A stretch of DNA of 61,427 bases, counting the filler. It is 7 parts of 7 records of this genome, joined end to end, with 100 filler letters (N's around TTAATTAATTAA, not from the genome) between each part and the next. Parts side by side here need not be neighbours in the genome. Positions count along the whole stretch, not along the records: positions 24,670 to 30,265 come from SRR31156797_54700; positions 30,366 to 38,431 come from SRR31156797_54757; 5 more parts are not named here. One strand, given 5' to 3'. The notes beneath the pieces are model-generated. The model was given only the letters and a program-made list of their open reading frames with translations, had not been told where the DNA came from and ran no database searches. This document shows, in pieces, positions 27,969 through 37,066 of this stretch. Both the position numbers and the translations under genes were made by a program. Position 1 is the stretch's first letter; each line of letters starts with the position of its first letter.

Positions 27969-29345
27969 TCATTTCTTCAGAATGACCTTGTCGGCCTTCG
28001 CCAGGAGGGCCTGGAGCTTGGATTTGTCTATCAGCTCGATGGGGCGGGATTCGGTAAACTCCTTGGCGGCCCGGGTGAACAGAGAGCTCGTGATCATAAT
28101 GCCACGGGAGGCTTTGAGATTCTGGATCTCTTCCTGAAACTCTCTCACCTGGGGAGCGTCGATGTTCTCCGTTATCCTGTAGAGGTTGATAAGGCGGGGC
28201 ATCTTCTTGGTGTTCCGCCACTGGCCGGTGCTTTTTTCGGTGGCGATGATCTGACAGCCCCGATTGGTCAGGGTCTGATCCGATACGCTCAGGTTCATGA
28301 CCTCCATGATCTTGGCGCAGAGGTTCATAAAGTCCTGGTTGGTAGAGGTCAGGAAGTCCTTCATCCTGTCGTCCTCCCGCAGCTCCTGGAACTGGCTGAG
28401 CTTTTCGGCCACGTCCTTGAAGGACTGCTTCTTGCCGTAGATGGCCTCCCATTGCTCGATGGCCTTGTCTATGTTCCGCCTCTTTTCGTGACACATGGCC
28501 AGGTAGTAACGGGCGAAGAGGATGGAATCCTCTCCGCTCTCAGCGGTCAGCTTAATGGCCCTTTCCAGCTCGGTTATGGCCTTGTCGTAGTTCTTGATGG
28601 CGATGTAACAGATGCCCCGCTCTATCAGGGCCTTTACCTTGAAGTCGCTGTCTTTCTGAGCCTGCTCGAAGGACTGGAGGGCACTGGTGAAATTCTGAGA
28701 TTCCTTGTGCATCCTGCCCAGGAAAAAATGGGCTTTGTAGTTATCGGGACGCAGTTTGAGGGCCTTGGCCAGGATGATCTTGGCGTCGTTATAGCGCTTC
28801 CCTTTGTAGAGCAGGGTCCCCAGGGCGAAATGGGCTTCCGAGTTGCGGGGATCCATATCTATGGCCTTCTTATAGTACTGGGCCGCCTGGGTGTTCTTGC
28901 CCCTTTTTTCAAAGAGAGCGCCCGCATGATGGTAGTTGTCGGGATTATAGGGCTCCATCTTGATCAGAAGGAGATACTCCTTGAGAGCCTCTTCGGGGAA
29001 ATTGAACTGATCGAACAGCCGGGCGAAGCGGGCGCGGAAATCGTTCTCCTTGCAGTAGCCGTGAAAGTCGTTGATATTGCTGACGGTCTTCATCTCCATC
29101 AGCGCCAGTTCGGCCTTTCCGTCCTGTTCCAGTGCCTGGGCCAGGAGATAGTGGGCCTCCGGGTTTCTGGGTTCGTTATTGATAATGGTTTTCGCGGCAC
29201 GAATGGCTTGGGCGTTCTTGTTTTGCTTTACCAGGTCCGCCAGAGAGGCCATTTTCTTGGGGGCCACGATGGAGCGGATGATAAAAAAGGTAAATACCGC
29301 AACCGCCGTGCCGAAAACTATAATAAGCGTGATGACTATACTCAT
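27969..29345 (-). CDS. Membrane-anchored TPR protein with a C-terminal Mrr-like (restriction-endonuclease fold) domain
   Basis: N-terminal TM helix, many TPRs, C-terminal VREF..ASRGIMITSSLFTRAAKEF..PIELID Mrr_cat signature; SD GGAG before ATG 29345. Confidence 0.88.
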   Translation of the reverse strand: MSIVITLIIVFGTAVAVFTFFIIRSIVAPKKMASLADLVKQNKNAQAIRAAKTIINNEPRNPEAHYLLAQALEQDGKAELALMEMKTVSNINDFHGYCKENDFRARFARLFDQFNFPEEALKEYLLLIKMEPYNPDNYHHAGALFEKRGKNTQAAQYYKKAIDMDPRNSEAHFALGTLLYKGKRYNDAKIILAKALKLRPDNYKAHFFLGRMHKESQNFTSALQSFEQAQKDSDFKVKALIERGICYIAIKNYDKAITELERAIKLTAESGEDSILFARYYLAMCHEKRRNIDKAIEQWEAIYGKKQSFKDVAEKLSQFQELREDDRMKDFLTSTNQDFMNLCAKIMEVMNLSVSDQTLTNRGCQIIATEKSTGQWRNTKKMPRLINLYRITENIDAPQVREFQEEIQNLKASRGIMITSSLFTRAAKEFTESRPIELIDKSKLQALLAKADKVILKK

Positions 29346-29424
29346 GGAATCTCCGAAAAAAAAACGTTCCCTTACAGACCTGAGCGGTTCTATGGAAAAG
29401 GAGCGTTTTTTTCTGTATGTTAAT

Positions 29425-29453
29425 AATCTAAACAGTTTCATTGAATCTGTCAA
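29425..29453 (-). promoter_or_regulatory. Sigma70 promoter for the TPR-Mrr operon
   Basis: TTGACA-17 nt-TAGATT on the minus strand. Confidence 0.7.
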
Positions 29454-29477
29454 ACCGAAGGAGGTCCCTGTAAAGGT

Positions 29478-30265
29478 ATGAGAAACCGGTTCTTATCACT
29501 CTGTTTTCTCCTTATCGCCGCCTCCCTGCTCAGCGCCGCCGATTTTTACGAACAGGGGCTGAAGGATTTCCGGGAGGGGCGCGAGGAAAGGGCCGTGGTC
29601 CATCTGAAAAAAGCCCTGGAAACGGATCTTTCCAACGACGGGGCCTGTCTCTATCTGGGGATCATCTACCAGGGCATCGGCAACACCTCCCTGGCGGAGG
29701 AGTACTATGTCCGGGGCCGGGAGATTCAGGGCATGGACTATCAGAATCTCAGCTTCAATCTGGCCAATCTCTACGCCAATCAGCAGCGCTTTGATGAGGC
29801 CGATCTCATCTACGATCAGCTGATTAAAACCCCCGGCGCCCTCAGGGCTTCGGCGCTCCTGAACCGGGCGAACCTGTCGGTCAATTCCGAGTCCTATCAG
29901 CTGGCCATAGACCTCTATCTTGAGTATCTGATGGAGGAGCCCGATACATCCCAGCGTCCCCAGATAGAAGAGATGATCAGCCTGCTCCAGGCCTCCCTGG
30001 ACAGGGCGGAACAGGAGAGGCTGGCTGAGGAAGAGCGGCTGAGGCAGGAAAAGCTGGCGGAAGAGGAACGGCTGAGACAGGAGGCCGAGGACGCCCGGCT
30101 GGCGGAGGAAGCGGAGCGGCAGCGCCTGGCCGAAGCGCAGAGACAGAAGGAGCTGGAAGAGCAGCGGCGCCTGGAAGAGGAGGCTCGACAAAAGGCCCTC
30201 CTCGAAGATATTCTGAGCAGCCTCAGCGAATCGGGAGACGAAACAGAGAATCTGACCGCCGAGAG
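29478..30265 (+). CDS. Exported TPR protein with a charged coiled-coil tail (3'-partial)
   Basis: Signal peptide, TPR motifs, E/R/Q/A-rich tail with a repeated LAEEERLRQE. Confidence 0.85.
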
Positions 30266-30365
30266 NNNNNNNNNNNNNNNNNNNNNNNNNNNNNNNNNNN
30301 NNNNNNNNNTTAATTAATTAANNNNNNNNNNNNNNNNNNNNNNNNNNNNNNNNNNNNNNNNNNNN
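30266..30365. other. Artificial contig linker
   Basis: N/TTAATTAATTAA/N spacer. Confidence 0.99.
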
Positions 30366-31259
30366 ACCTTCAAGGATGGAAAGAACCATGCCTCGGAAAC
30401 CGAGATCATCTCCTCCTTTGGGGTCAAGCACACGGTTCTCCACTGGACAGCCCCCATCAAGGACTGCTTTGGCAACGTCAACAAGGTGCTTGTCATGCTC
30501 ACCGACATCACCGAGGTAAGACGGCTCGAAGACCACCTGACCTCCCTGGGGTTCATGATCGGCTCCATCTCCCACGGCGTCAAGGGGCTTTTGACCGGCC
30601 TTGACAGCGGCATCTACACCATGGGATCCGGCATCAAGAACAACAATCCCGAGCGGATCAAGGAGGGCTTTGAGATCTCGAACCAGATGACGGCCAGAAT
30701 CAAAAAGCTGGTGCTGGACATCCTCTACTACACCAAGACCCGGAAGCTCAACTGGCAAACGGTCCCCGCCACCGACTTTCTCCAGGATACCCTCGCCCTG
30801 GTGGCCCAGAAGGCAAGGACAAACAATATCAACATCAAATCCACCATCCGGCTGAAAAAGAACGATGACCTGTTTGAAATAGACCGGACAAGCCTCCAGG
30901 CAGCCCTGGTCAACATCCTTGAAAACGGTGTGGAAGCGTGTGCCGCCGAAACGACCCGCCAGGATCACACCCTGCTCCTGAATGCCAAGTCAGACAGTGA
31001 AACCATCACCCTGCTGATCCAGGACACGGGCAAGGGCATGAACAAGAACACCCTCAACAACATGTTCACCATCTTCTTCTCCTCCAAGGGCACCCAGGGA
31101 ACAGGCCTCGGGCTCTACATCGCCAACAAGGTGATCGAGCAGCACCGGGGAGAGATCAAGGTGCGGTCCAAACCCGGCCGGGGCACCCGGTTTCTCATCA
31201 CCATCCCCCGGAAAGTCCCGGAGGTCACCAAAAAGGACCGGGGAAGCTCCCCCAGCTGA
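30366..31259 (+). CDS. PAS-domain histidine kinase (5'-partial)
   Basis: PAS end DITE; H-box ISHGVKGLL; NILENGVEA, DTGKGM, FFSSKG and GTGLGL. Confidence 0.93.
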   Translation, partial: TFKDGKNHASETEIISSFGVKHTVLHWTAPIKDCFGNVNKVLVMLTDITEVRRLEDHLTSLGFMIGSISHGVKGLLTGLDSGIYTMGSGIKNNNPERIKEGFEISNQMTARIKKLVLDILYYTKTRKLNWQTVPATDFLQDTLALVAQKARTNNINIKSTIRLKKNDDLFEIDRTSLQAALVNILENGVEACAAETTRQDHTLLLNAKSDSETITLLIQDTGKGMNKNTLNNMFTIFFSSKGTQGTGLGLYIANKVIEQHRGEIKVRSKPGRGTRFLITIPRKVPEVTKKDRGSSPS

Positions 31260-31315
31260 TTCCAACCCCGTTTCCAAAAGCAGGACGATCTCTTACCGGA
31301 TAGGGGATCAGGCAG

Positions 31316-31358
31316 AAAAGTAGAAACCCGCCCCCCGAAAAATCGGGGAGCGGGTTTC
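31316..31358 (-). terminator. Intrinsic terminator
   Basis: GAAACCCGCTCCCCGA-TTTT-TCGGGGGGCGGGTTTC then TACTTTT on the minus strand; the single mismatch is a U-G pair on this strand. Confidence 0.8.
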
Positions 31359-31410
31359 CTGGAGCATAGAAGGTTTACGAAGCAAAAAAAGTAAGCACTC
31401 CGTATGGAGT
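31316..31410 (-). ncRNA. Candidate ~95-nt small RNA
   Basis: Has its own consensus promoter, a 5' hairpin ACTCC-ATAC-GGAGT, a U/C-rich single-stranded middle and a GC-rich terminator; no convincing ORF. Confidence 0.55.
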
Positions 31411-31416
31411 TTGGAT

Positions 31417-31445
31417 AAACTAACTTTATTCAACCTCCTTGTCAA
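31417..31445 (-). promoter_or_regulatory. Sigma70 promoter with UP element
   Basis: TTGACA-17 nt-TAGTTT preceded by TTTTTTTTATTTTAAATAAG. Confidence 0.7.
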
Positions 31446-31469
31446 CACTTATTTAAAATAAAAAAAAGC

Positions 31470-32639
31470 TTATCCCTGGCTGGCCCCGAGCTCGTTTTCC
31501 AGAAGCAGGACAATCTCTTCCCGGGTCAACTGCACGGGATTACCTTTCATGCTGCTTGCGCGCAGGGCCTGATCCCCGAGTTTTTGGCAGATGGCGCCAT
31601 CGAGGCCGAAGGTTGCGAGCAATGGGATATCCATGGAACGGACAAGGGCGTCGATCCAGTCCACCCCATCCCCTGGCCCGGCCTGGTTGTCGCCGGTCAG
31701 AATGCGAGCGGTCTCCCGGTATTTTGCAAGACTGGGGTGGCCCGGATCAAGGGTTTCCAGCCGCCCGATGTTCAGTCGGCTCACAGGGGCCAGCAGCCGT
31801 GCACAGATCACCCCGTGGGGCGCATCGATCATCCCGCCCATGGGACCTGCAATGCCGTGGACCGCCCCAAGCTTGGCATTGGCAAGGGCAATGCCGCTGA
31901 AAAGGCTTCCAACGCACATATCTTCCCGGGCGCCAAGGTCCTCCCCGCACTCAAAGGCCCGCTGAAAGGACCGGGAGACCCGAAGTAACCCCTCCCGGCA
32001 AAGGGCGTCGGTAAAGGGGGTGGCAAAGGGCGAAACAAAGGCTTCTATCAGCTGGGTCAGGGCATCCATGCCGGTTGCGGCCGTCACTCCCTGGGGCATG
32101 GAAAGGGTCAGGCCGGGGTCGACAATAACCAGATCGGGGTAAAGCAGGGGGCTTCGCATGCTCACCTTGACCCCATGCGCCTTTGATGCAATCACCGCAT
32201 TACAGGTGGCCTCGGCCCCGGTTCCGGCGGTGGTGGGCAGCGCCACCAGGGGAACAGGCCTGTGGTCGATTCCCCGGCCCAGGCCGACCACCTCCAGATA
32301 ATCATAGATATCCCCTGTATTGGTCACCAGGGCGGAAACGGCCTTTGCCGCATCCAGGACACTGCCGCCGCCGATGGCAACCACAAACTCGGTGTCAAAG
32401 GCCCGGGCCTGTTCAGCGCCCAGGGCCACTTCCTCCACGGTGGGTTCATTGGATTGGGAAAAGGTGCGGCAGGAAATCCCGGCCCGTTCCAGGTCAGAAA
32501 TGAGGTTGCCGGCCCTGGCGGGGTTCTTTCCCGTCATGACAAAGGCCCGGGTGCCGAACCCGCTGACACTGGAGGCAATATTACGTGAAACATCCGGCCC
32601 GAATAGAAATCTGGCCGGTGAAAAAAATGAAAAATCCAT
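31470..32639 (-). CDS. Iron-containing alcohol dehydrogenase
   Basis: GGGSVLDAAK, PTTAGTGAE, DALTQLIE, LGAVHG and APHG motifs. Confidence 0.94.
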   Translation of the reverse strand: MDFSFFSPARFLFGPDVSRNIASSVSGFGTRAFVMTGKNPARAGNLISDLERAGISCRTFSQSNEPTVEEVALGAEQARAFDTEFVVAIGGGSVLDAAKAVSALVTNTGDIYDYLEVVGLGRGIDHRPVPLVALPTTAGTGAEATCNAVIASKAHGVKVSMRSPLLYPDLVIVDPGLTLSMPQGVTAATGMDALTQLIEAFVSPFATPFTDALCREGLLRVSRSFQRAFECGEDLGAREDMCVGSLFSGIALANAKLGAVHGIAGPMGGMIDAPHGVICARLLAPVSRLNIGRLETLDPGHPSLAKYRETARILTGDNQAGPGDGVDWIDALVRSMDIPLLATFGLDGAICQKLGDQALRASSMKGNPVQLTREEIVLLLENELGASQG

Positions 32640-32845
32640 GGAGTATCTCCGATTCAGGTAAAGAGTGATAAGAGTACCAGACAGATATCCGCCTTATGGA
32701 ACCATTTGTCAACGAAGTTCATGGGAAACGGTCAATGAAAGTTTACCGTTCTCCCAAGAGACCCCTGTTTCGACAAAAACCGGGAGATAGGAAAAACGGT
32801 GACAACAGGGGCGGTTTCTGCTATTTTCCCTTGTTTTCAGCAACG

Positions 32846-32861
32846 AGGCATGCTCATTGCA
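32846..32861 (+). promoter_or_regulatory. Sigma54 (-24/-12) promoter
   Basis: AGGCATGCTCATTGCA, i.e. GG-N10-GC with TTGC, about 80 nt upstream of the FrhB-like gene. Confidence 0.65.
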
Positions 32862-32942
32862 TTTTTTACCATGGCAGGCGATCTTCCGGCAACGCTTCAA
32901 GGCCTTAAGCCGGTTAATTGAGAATCAGCTAAGGAGAAGCCC

Positions 32943-34055
32943 ATGCAGACCTTTTTCAATCTGATCCAGGACGTTCGGAAACAAGGAAAATGCCACCATT
33001 GCGGCGGTTGCGTCACCTTCTGCTCCGCAATCAACTACGGGGCCCTCAAAACCGATGATAACGGCAAGCCCGATTTTGCAGACATTGAAAAATGCATTGA
33101 GTGCGGCATCTGCTACATGATCTGCCCGGAAACCGGAGATGACCGGGAGATCAGGGAAAATACCGGCTGGACCGCACCTGCCGGCCGGACCATCGGCATC
33201 TCGGTGGCACGGGCCAGTGACCTGATCATCCGGGAGCGGGGAACCGACGGCGGGGTTGTCACGGCCCTGCTCCTCCACCTGTTTGACACCAAACGAATCA
33301 ACGGCGCCATTGTGTCGAGAAACATGGACGCCGGTCGCACGCCCTGGCTTGCGACCACCCGGGAAGAGATCATGGATGCCGCCGGAAGCCATTTTGACGG
33401 CTCCCATGGCATGGCACAGTTCGGCGAGGCGTATTCCACCTTTTCCCCCTCGGTCAAGGCCCTGGCCGAAATCAGGAAAGAGGGGCTCGAAAAAATCGCC
33501 TTTGTGGGCACCCCCTGCCAGATCAATACCATCCGGCGAATGCAGGCCCTTGGTGTTGTTCCCGCGGATTCCATCGAGCTCTGCCTCGGCCTGTTCTGCG
33601 CCGGCAACTTCACCATGACCAAGGAGAGTTTCAAAGACCTGGAGCAGGCCCATGATTTTGACTACCACGACGTGGAAAAGATCAACATCAAGGAAAACGT
33701 TATCCTGCGGCTGACCACGGGCGAACTCCGGGAAATTCCCATCAGCGACCTTGAACCGGTCAAACGAATGGCCTGCCGGTATTGCCGGGATTTTTCAGCC
33801 GAATTCGCCGATATCTCCTTTGGCGGCATCGGCGCCGATGACGGCTGGACAACGGTGATCACCCGGACCGACCTGGGCCATGCCCTTTTTACCCAGGCTG
33901 CGGAAAAAGCCCTTGAGCTCTACAGTTATAAACAGAACACGAACTATGCCACCCAGGCCGAGGCCATGGTGCTCAGCGCGTCAGAGGCAAAAAAGAAGGT
34001 TGCGGAAAAGAACCGCAAGGATCTTGAACCCGGCCCGGTAACCGTAATCAGCTGA
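32943..34055 (+). CDS. FrhB/FdhB family (F420 hydrogenase beta-like) Fe-S flavoprotein
   Basis: CHHCGGCVTFC, CIECGICYMICP, DGGVVT, VGTPCQI, GLFC and CRYC.DFSAEFADISFG motifs. Confidence 0.92.
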   Translation: MQTFFNLIQDVRKQGKCHHCGGCVTFCSAINYGALKTDDNGKPDFADIEKCIECGICYMICPETGDDREIRENTGWTAPAGRTIGISVARASDLIIRERGTDGGVVTALLLHLFDTKRINGAIVSRNMDAGRTPWLATTREEIMDAAGSHFDGSHGMAQFGEAYSTFSPSVKALAEIRKEGLEKIAFVGTPCQINTIRRMQALGVVPADSIELCLGLFCAGNFTMTKESFKDLEQAHDFDYHDVEKINIKENVILRLTTGELREIPISDLEPVKRMACRYCRDFSAEFADISFGGIGADDGWTTVITRTDLGHALFTQAAEKALELYSYKQNTNYATQAEAMVLSASEAKKKVAEKNRKDLEPGPVTVIS

Positions 34056-34120
34056 CCGGATTCAAGAACGGGCATTGAAGCGGGCATGAACGCCCTGGCC
34101 CCGCGATTTTCAGATAAACA

Positions 34121-34837
34121 TCAGAGGCTGTAACTTCTTCGGCCGCCGCCCACGCTGCGGCCGATCAGCCATCCTGCGATCAAGACCCCCGCACCGGCAA
34201 GGAACCACTTCATCATGGCGGTCTTCAGGAAGTCGTTGCCCTCCTCCTCAAGGCGGGCAAGTTCCGTGGAAAGACGGGTATTCTCCTCTTTCAGGGTCCG
34301 GTTCTCGTCAATGATGCGAACCGAATCCGCAGACTGCTTGAGGAATTTCTCATGTTTTTCCCGGGTCTGCTCAAGGGTTGATACAAGCCCGTTTTTCTCT
34401 TTGATCGCCTGCTTGAGGGAGGTATCAAGCATGGCGATCCTCTCCTCGTAACGCTTTTTCTTTGTCTCCATGCTCTCCACCAGGGGAGACTGGCTCTCCA
34501 CCAGTTTCTTGTTGGCTGCCTCCAGCTCCTCTATTCGCTTTTTCATCCGGGCAATCACCAGGGTGGAAGGCAGGTCGAAGGTGATGTACTGTTTCTGAAC
34601 CCACCCCTCCTGGCCGCCCTTGGTGCTCACCTTGAAATAGTGCTCCCCTTTCTCGAGTATTTCAACCGGCGTGTTGCTGGTCAGCGTCTTCAAGACGGTG
34701 AACTCATTTCCCGGACCCGCCCTCAGGGTCAACAAAAGCATGTCCGAGACATAACCGGTCTCAGCAGAGACAGGGGGCAAACAAAGAAAGAAAAGCAGTA
34801 GGACAAAACCAAGGTAACCGATAACTCTCTTTTTCAT
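34121..34837 (-). CDS. TIGR04211-type SH3 domain protein (YgiM/HtrG-like)
   Basis: Signal peptide, YVSD..LRAGPG..EGWV SH3b domain, coiled coil, C-terminal WFLAGAGVL..G..IG anchor. Confidence 0.9.
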   Translation of the reverse strand: MKKRVIGYLGFVLLLFFLCLPPVSAETGYVSDMLLLTLRAGPGNEFTVLKTLTSNTPVEILEKGEHYFKVSTKGGQEGWVQKQYITFDLPSTLVIARMKKRIEELEAANKKLVESQSPLVESMETKKKRYEERIAMLDTSLKQAIKEKNGLVSTLEQTREKHEKFLKQSADSVRIIDENRTLKEENTRLSTELARLEEEGNDFLKTAMMKWFLAGAGVLIAGWLIGRSVGGGRRSYSL

Positions 34838-34974
34838 TGCTCGTTGATCTCCTCATTTTTTTTATATTCAAATACCAACCTTGGCACCATTTTACAACAC
34901 CATTGTTGATTTGACCGGGGTTTGAACGAATAATTGTTGCAAAGCATCCAATAGAAGTGTATCAATTTTTCATT

Positions 34975-35634
34975 ATGATATTATCCAAAGAGCGAAACGC
35001 AATCGTAAAGTTTGGCAACAAAATGCTTGCCGCAGGCCTCACCACCGGATTCGGAGGCAATTTAAGCTGCTACAACCGTGAAAAAGACCTGATTGCCGTC
35101 ACGCCCAGCGGAATCGAATACCCGGACCTGACCCCGGAGGATATCATCGTTCTTACCCCGGACGGCACCATTGTGGACGGAACCAACACGCCCTCCAGCG
35201 AAACCGGTTTCCATCTGGCCCTTTACCGGACAAGGGAAGACATCAATTCAGTGGTCCATACCCACTCCACCTATGCCACCACCTTTGCATGCCTCCACCG
35301 GGAGATCCCCGCAGTCCACTACCTGGTGGGATTCGCCGGCAACAAGGTGCCCCTGGCCCCCTATGCCACCTACGGCACCCCGGAACTTGCCGACGCCATC
35401 ACCAGCTCCATCAAGCATTACAACGCGGTTCTGCTCGCCAACCACGGGCTTGTGGCCGTGGGCCCCACCCTGCTGAAGGCCTTTAACACCGCTGAGGAGA
35501 TCGAGCTTGTGGCACGCCTGTGCTTTCAGGCGGAGAGCATCGGCACCCCCGTGATCCTTTCCGACCAGGAGATGGCCCGGGTGATCGACAAGTTCGCCCA
35601 CTACGGTCCACAGGAGAATGCCAATGAAACATGA
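34975..35634 (+). CDS. Class II aldolase (L-fuculose-1-phosphate aldolase-like)
   Basis: GGNLS, TPSG, PSSE..FH, VVHTHS and LLANHG motifs. Confidence 0.92.
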   Translation: MILSKERNAIVKFGNKMLAAGLTTGFGGNLSCYNREKDLIAVTPSGIEYPDLTPEDIIVLTPDGTIVDGTNTPSSETGFHLALYRTREDINSVVHTHSTYATTFACLHREIPAVHYLVGFAGNKVPLAPYATYGTPELADAITSSIKHYNAVLLANHGLVAVGPTLLKAFNTAEEIELVARLCFQAESIGTPVILSDQEMARVIDKFAHYGPQENANET

Positions 35635-37066
35635 CCTCTACGGGAACCTGTGCATCTTCAACATCTTCAACGGCCTCGTGGAGGGCCTCTCCCATTTTTC
35701 CCAGGCGACCCGGGCAGCCCTGATCTACGCCATCAACCCCGACGACGAACTGCTGGTCTACGATCCCCTGAACCTCCTGAAGGGCCATGAGCCAAGGCTC
35801 AGGGAACTCTACATCGACGATGAAACCTGGCGCCGGGAGACTGCAAAGGCCCTGGCCAAGCAACCCCGGGGGCACTTCATCACCAACAAAAACATCCACC
35901 TTGCCGGGTTGATCTCCTACGGCGGCAGCTCCCACGCCTTTTTCTACCAGATGTGGTTCACGGAGCACCACCCGGACATATGCTCCATCTACCCCACGGA
36001 GCGATGGATCGAGCATGCAGGCTGGCTGCTGGCCCAGGAGTTTTCCGCAGACAGCATCTCCATGGGCACCTCGGGTCATGCCCTCCAGAACTACACCATC
36101 CACGCCATCACCGACCACATCGTGGACATGAAGAACAAAATCATGGGGCTGGATACCCGGATGCTGGTCCACCCGATCCTGGATACCATTCTCGACATAT
36201 CAAAGACAAAGGAGGAAGGGGCCTGGCCAAGGGGCCGGCTGATTTTTGTGGATCCAGACACCCTGGAGGATATCGAGTTCATCGCAAAGATACAGAAACA
36301 CGAACGGCCCTTTATCGGCAATGTCAAACACATCCGAAAACTGCTCCTGGCCGTGGAGCACTCCACCCGGAAGCTTGTGTCGGACGGCAATTCCATCATC
36401 GGGATATCTAACTCGGAAACACCGGAGTTCGCCATCTCAGCCAATTTCCAGGGGGACCACGGGTTCCTGGAATTTGCCGGCCAGACCCTGTGCAGTTTTT
36501 TTGACGGCACGTTTCACTCCACGTCCCGGAAGGCCAATCTGGTGGAGGTTGAGGAGATCCTCCTCGATTCCCAACTTGCGATGGAAGAGCGGACCAGCCT
36601 GTTCAAGACCATTGGAGAGATCGTTCACATGGCTGAGACAAAACGCCACGGCTGCACCCTGATCATCGATCTCAACGAAAAAAAACCGGTGAAGGTGTCC
36701 GGACACATCCTCGACCCCTGCCTTGACCTGAAGCTCCCCCACAACCTTGATCTTGCCAAGTCCCTCATCAAGATCGACGGCGCCCTTCACATCATGTCCG
36801 ACACCAGTCTCAGGGGCTTTGGCTGCCTGTTGGACGGCAAGACCATCGAAGGGGAAAACATGGCCAGGGGAGCCAGGTACAACTCCGCCCTTCGCTTTAC
36901 CGCCGAGCACGACAAGGTTATCGTGGTTGTCGTGTCGGCTGACAGACCCGTATCGATCATTCAGCACGGCATTGAAATCAATGCCTATTGTGAATGGAGT
37001 CCGCGTTCAGGATATCCTTCCCAACCAGAAACCCTTAAAACGTATCTTAACGGAGTACTTCCATGA
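35624..37066 (+). CDS. DisA_N/DAC-domain protein (putative diadenylate cyclase) with a long N-terminal region
   Basis: HGCTLII, KIDGAL, GCLLDG, RGARYNSA and VVVSAD in the C-terminal domain; SD AGGAG before ATG 35624. Confidence 0.85.
   Translation: MKHDLYGNLCIFNIFNGLVEGLSHFSQATRAALIYAINPDDELLVYDPLNLLKGHEPRLRELYIDDETWRRETAKALAKQPRGHFITNKNIHLAGLISYGGSSHAFFYQMWFTEHHPDICSIYPTERWIEHAGWLLAQEFSADSISMGTSGHALQNYTIHAITDHIVDMKNKIMGLDTRMLVHPILDTILDISKTKEEGAWPRGRLIFVDPDTLEDIEFIAKIQKHERPFIGNVKHIRKLLLAVEHSTRKLVSDGNSIIGISNSETPEFAISANFQGDHGFLEFAGQTLCSFFDGTFHSTSRKANLVEVEEILLDSQLAMEERTSLFKTIGEIVHMAETKRHGCTLIIDLNEKKPVKVSGHILDPCLDLKLPHNLDLAKSLIKIDGALHIMSDTSLRGFGCLLDGKTIEGENMARGARYNSALRFTAEHDKVIVVVVSADRPVSIIQHGIEINAYCEWSPRSGYPSQPETLKTYLNGVLP

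Noticed and set aside
27969-28350. Mrr domain as an active type IV restriction system
   Set aside because: Catalytic residues appear substituted, the protein is membrane-anchored, and there are no defence-island neighbours
34881-34896. Sigma54-like TTGGCACCATTTTACA
   Set aside because: The -12 element lacks the conserved GC
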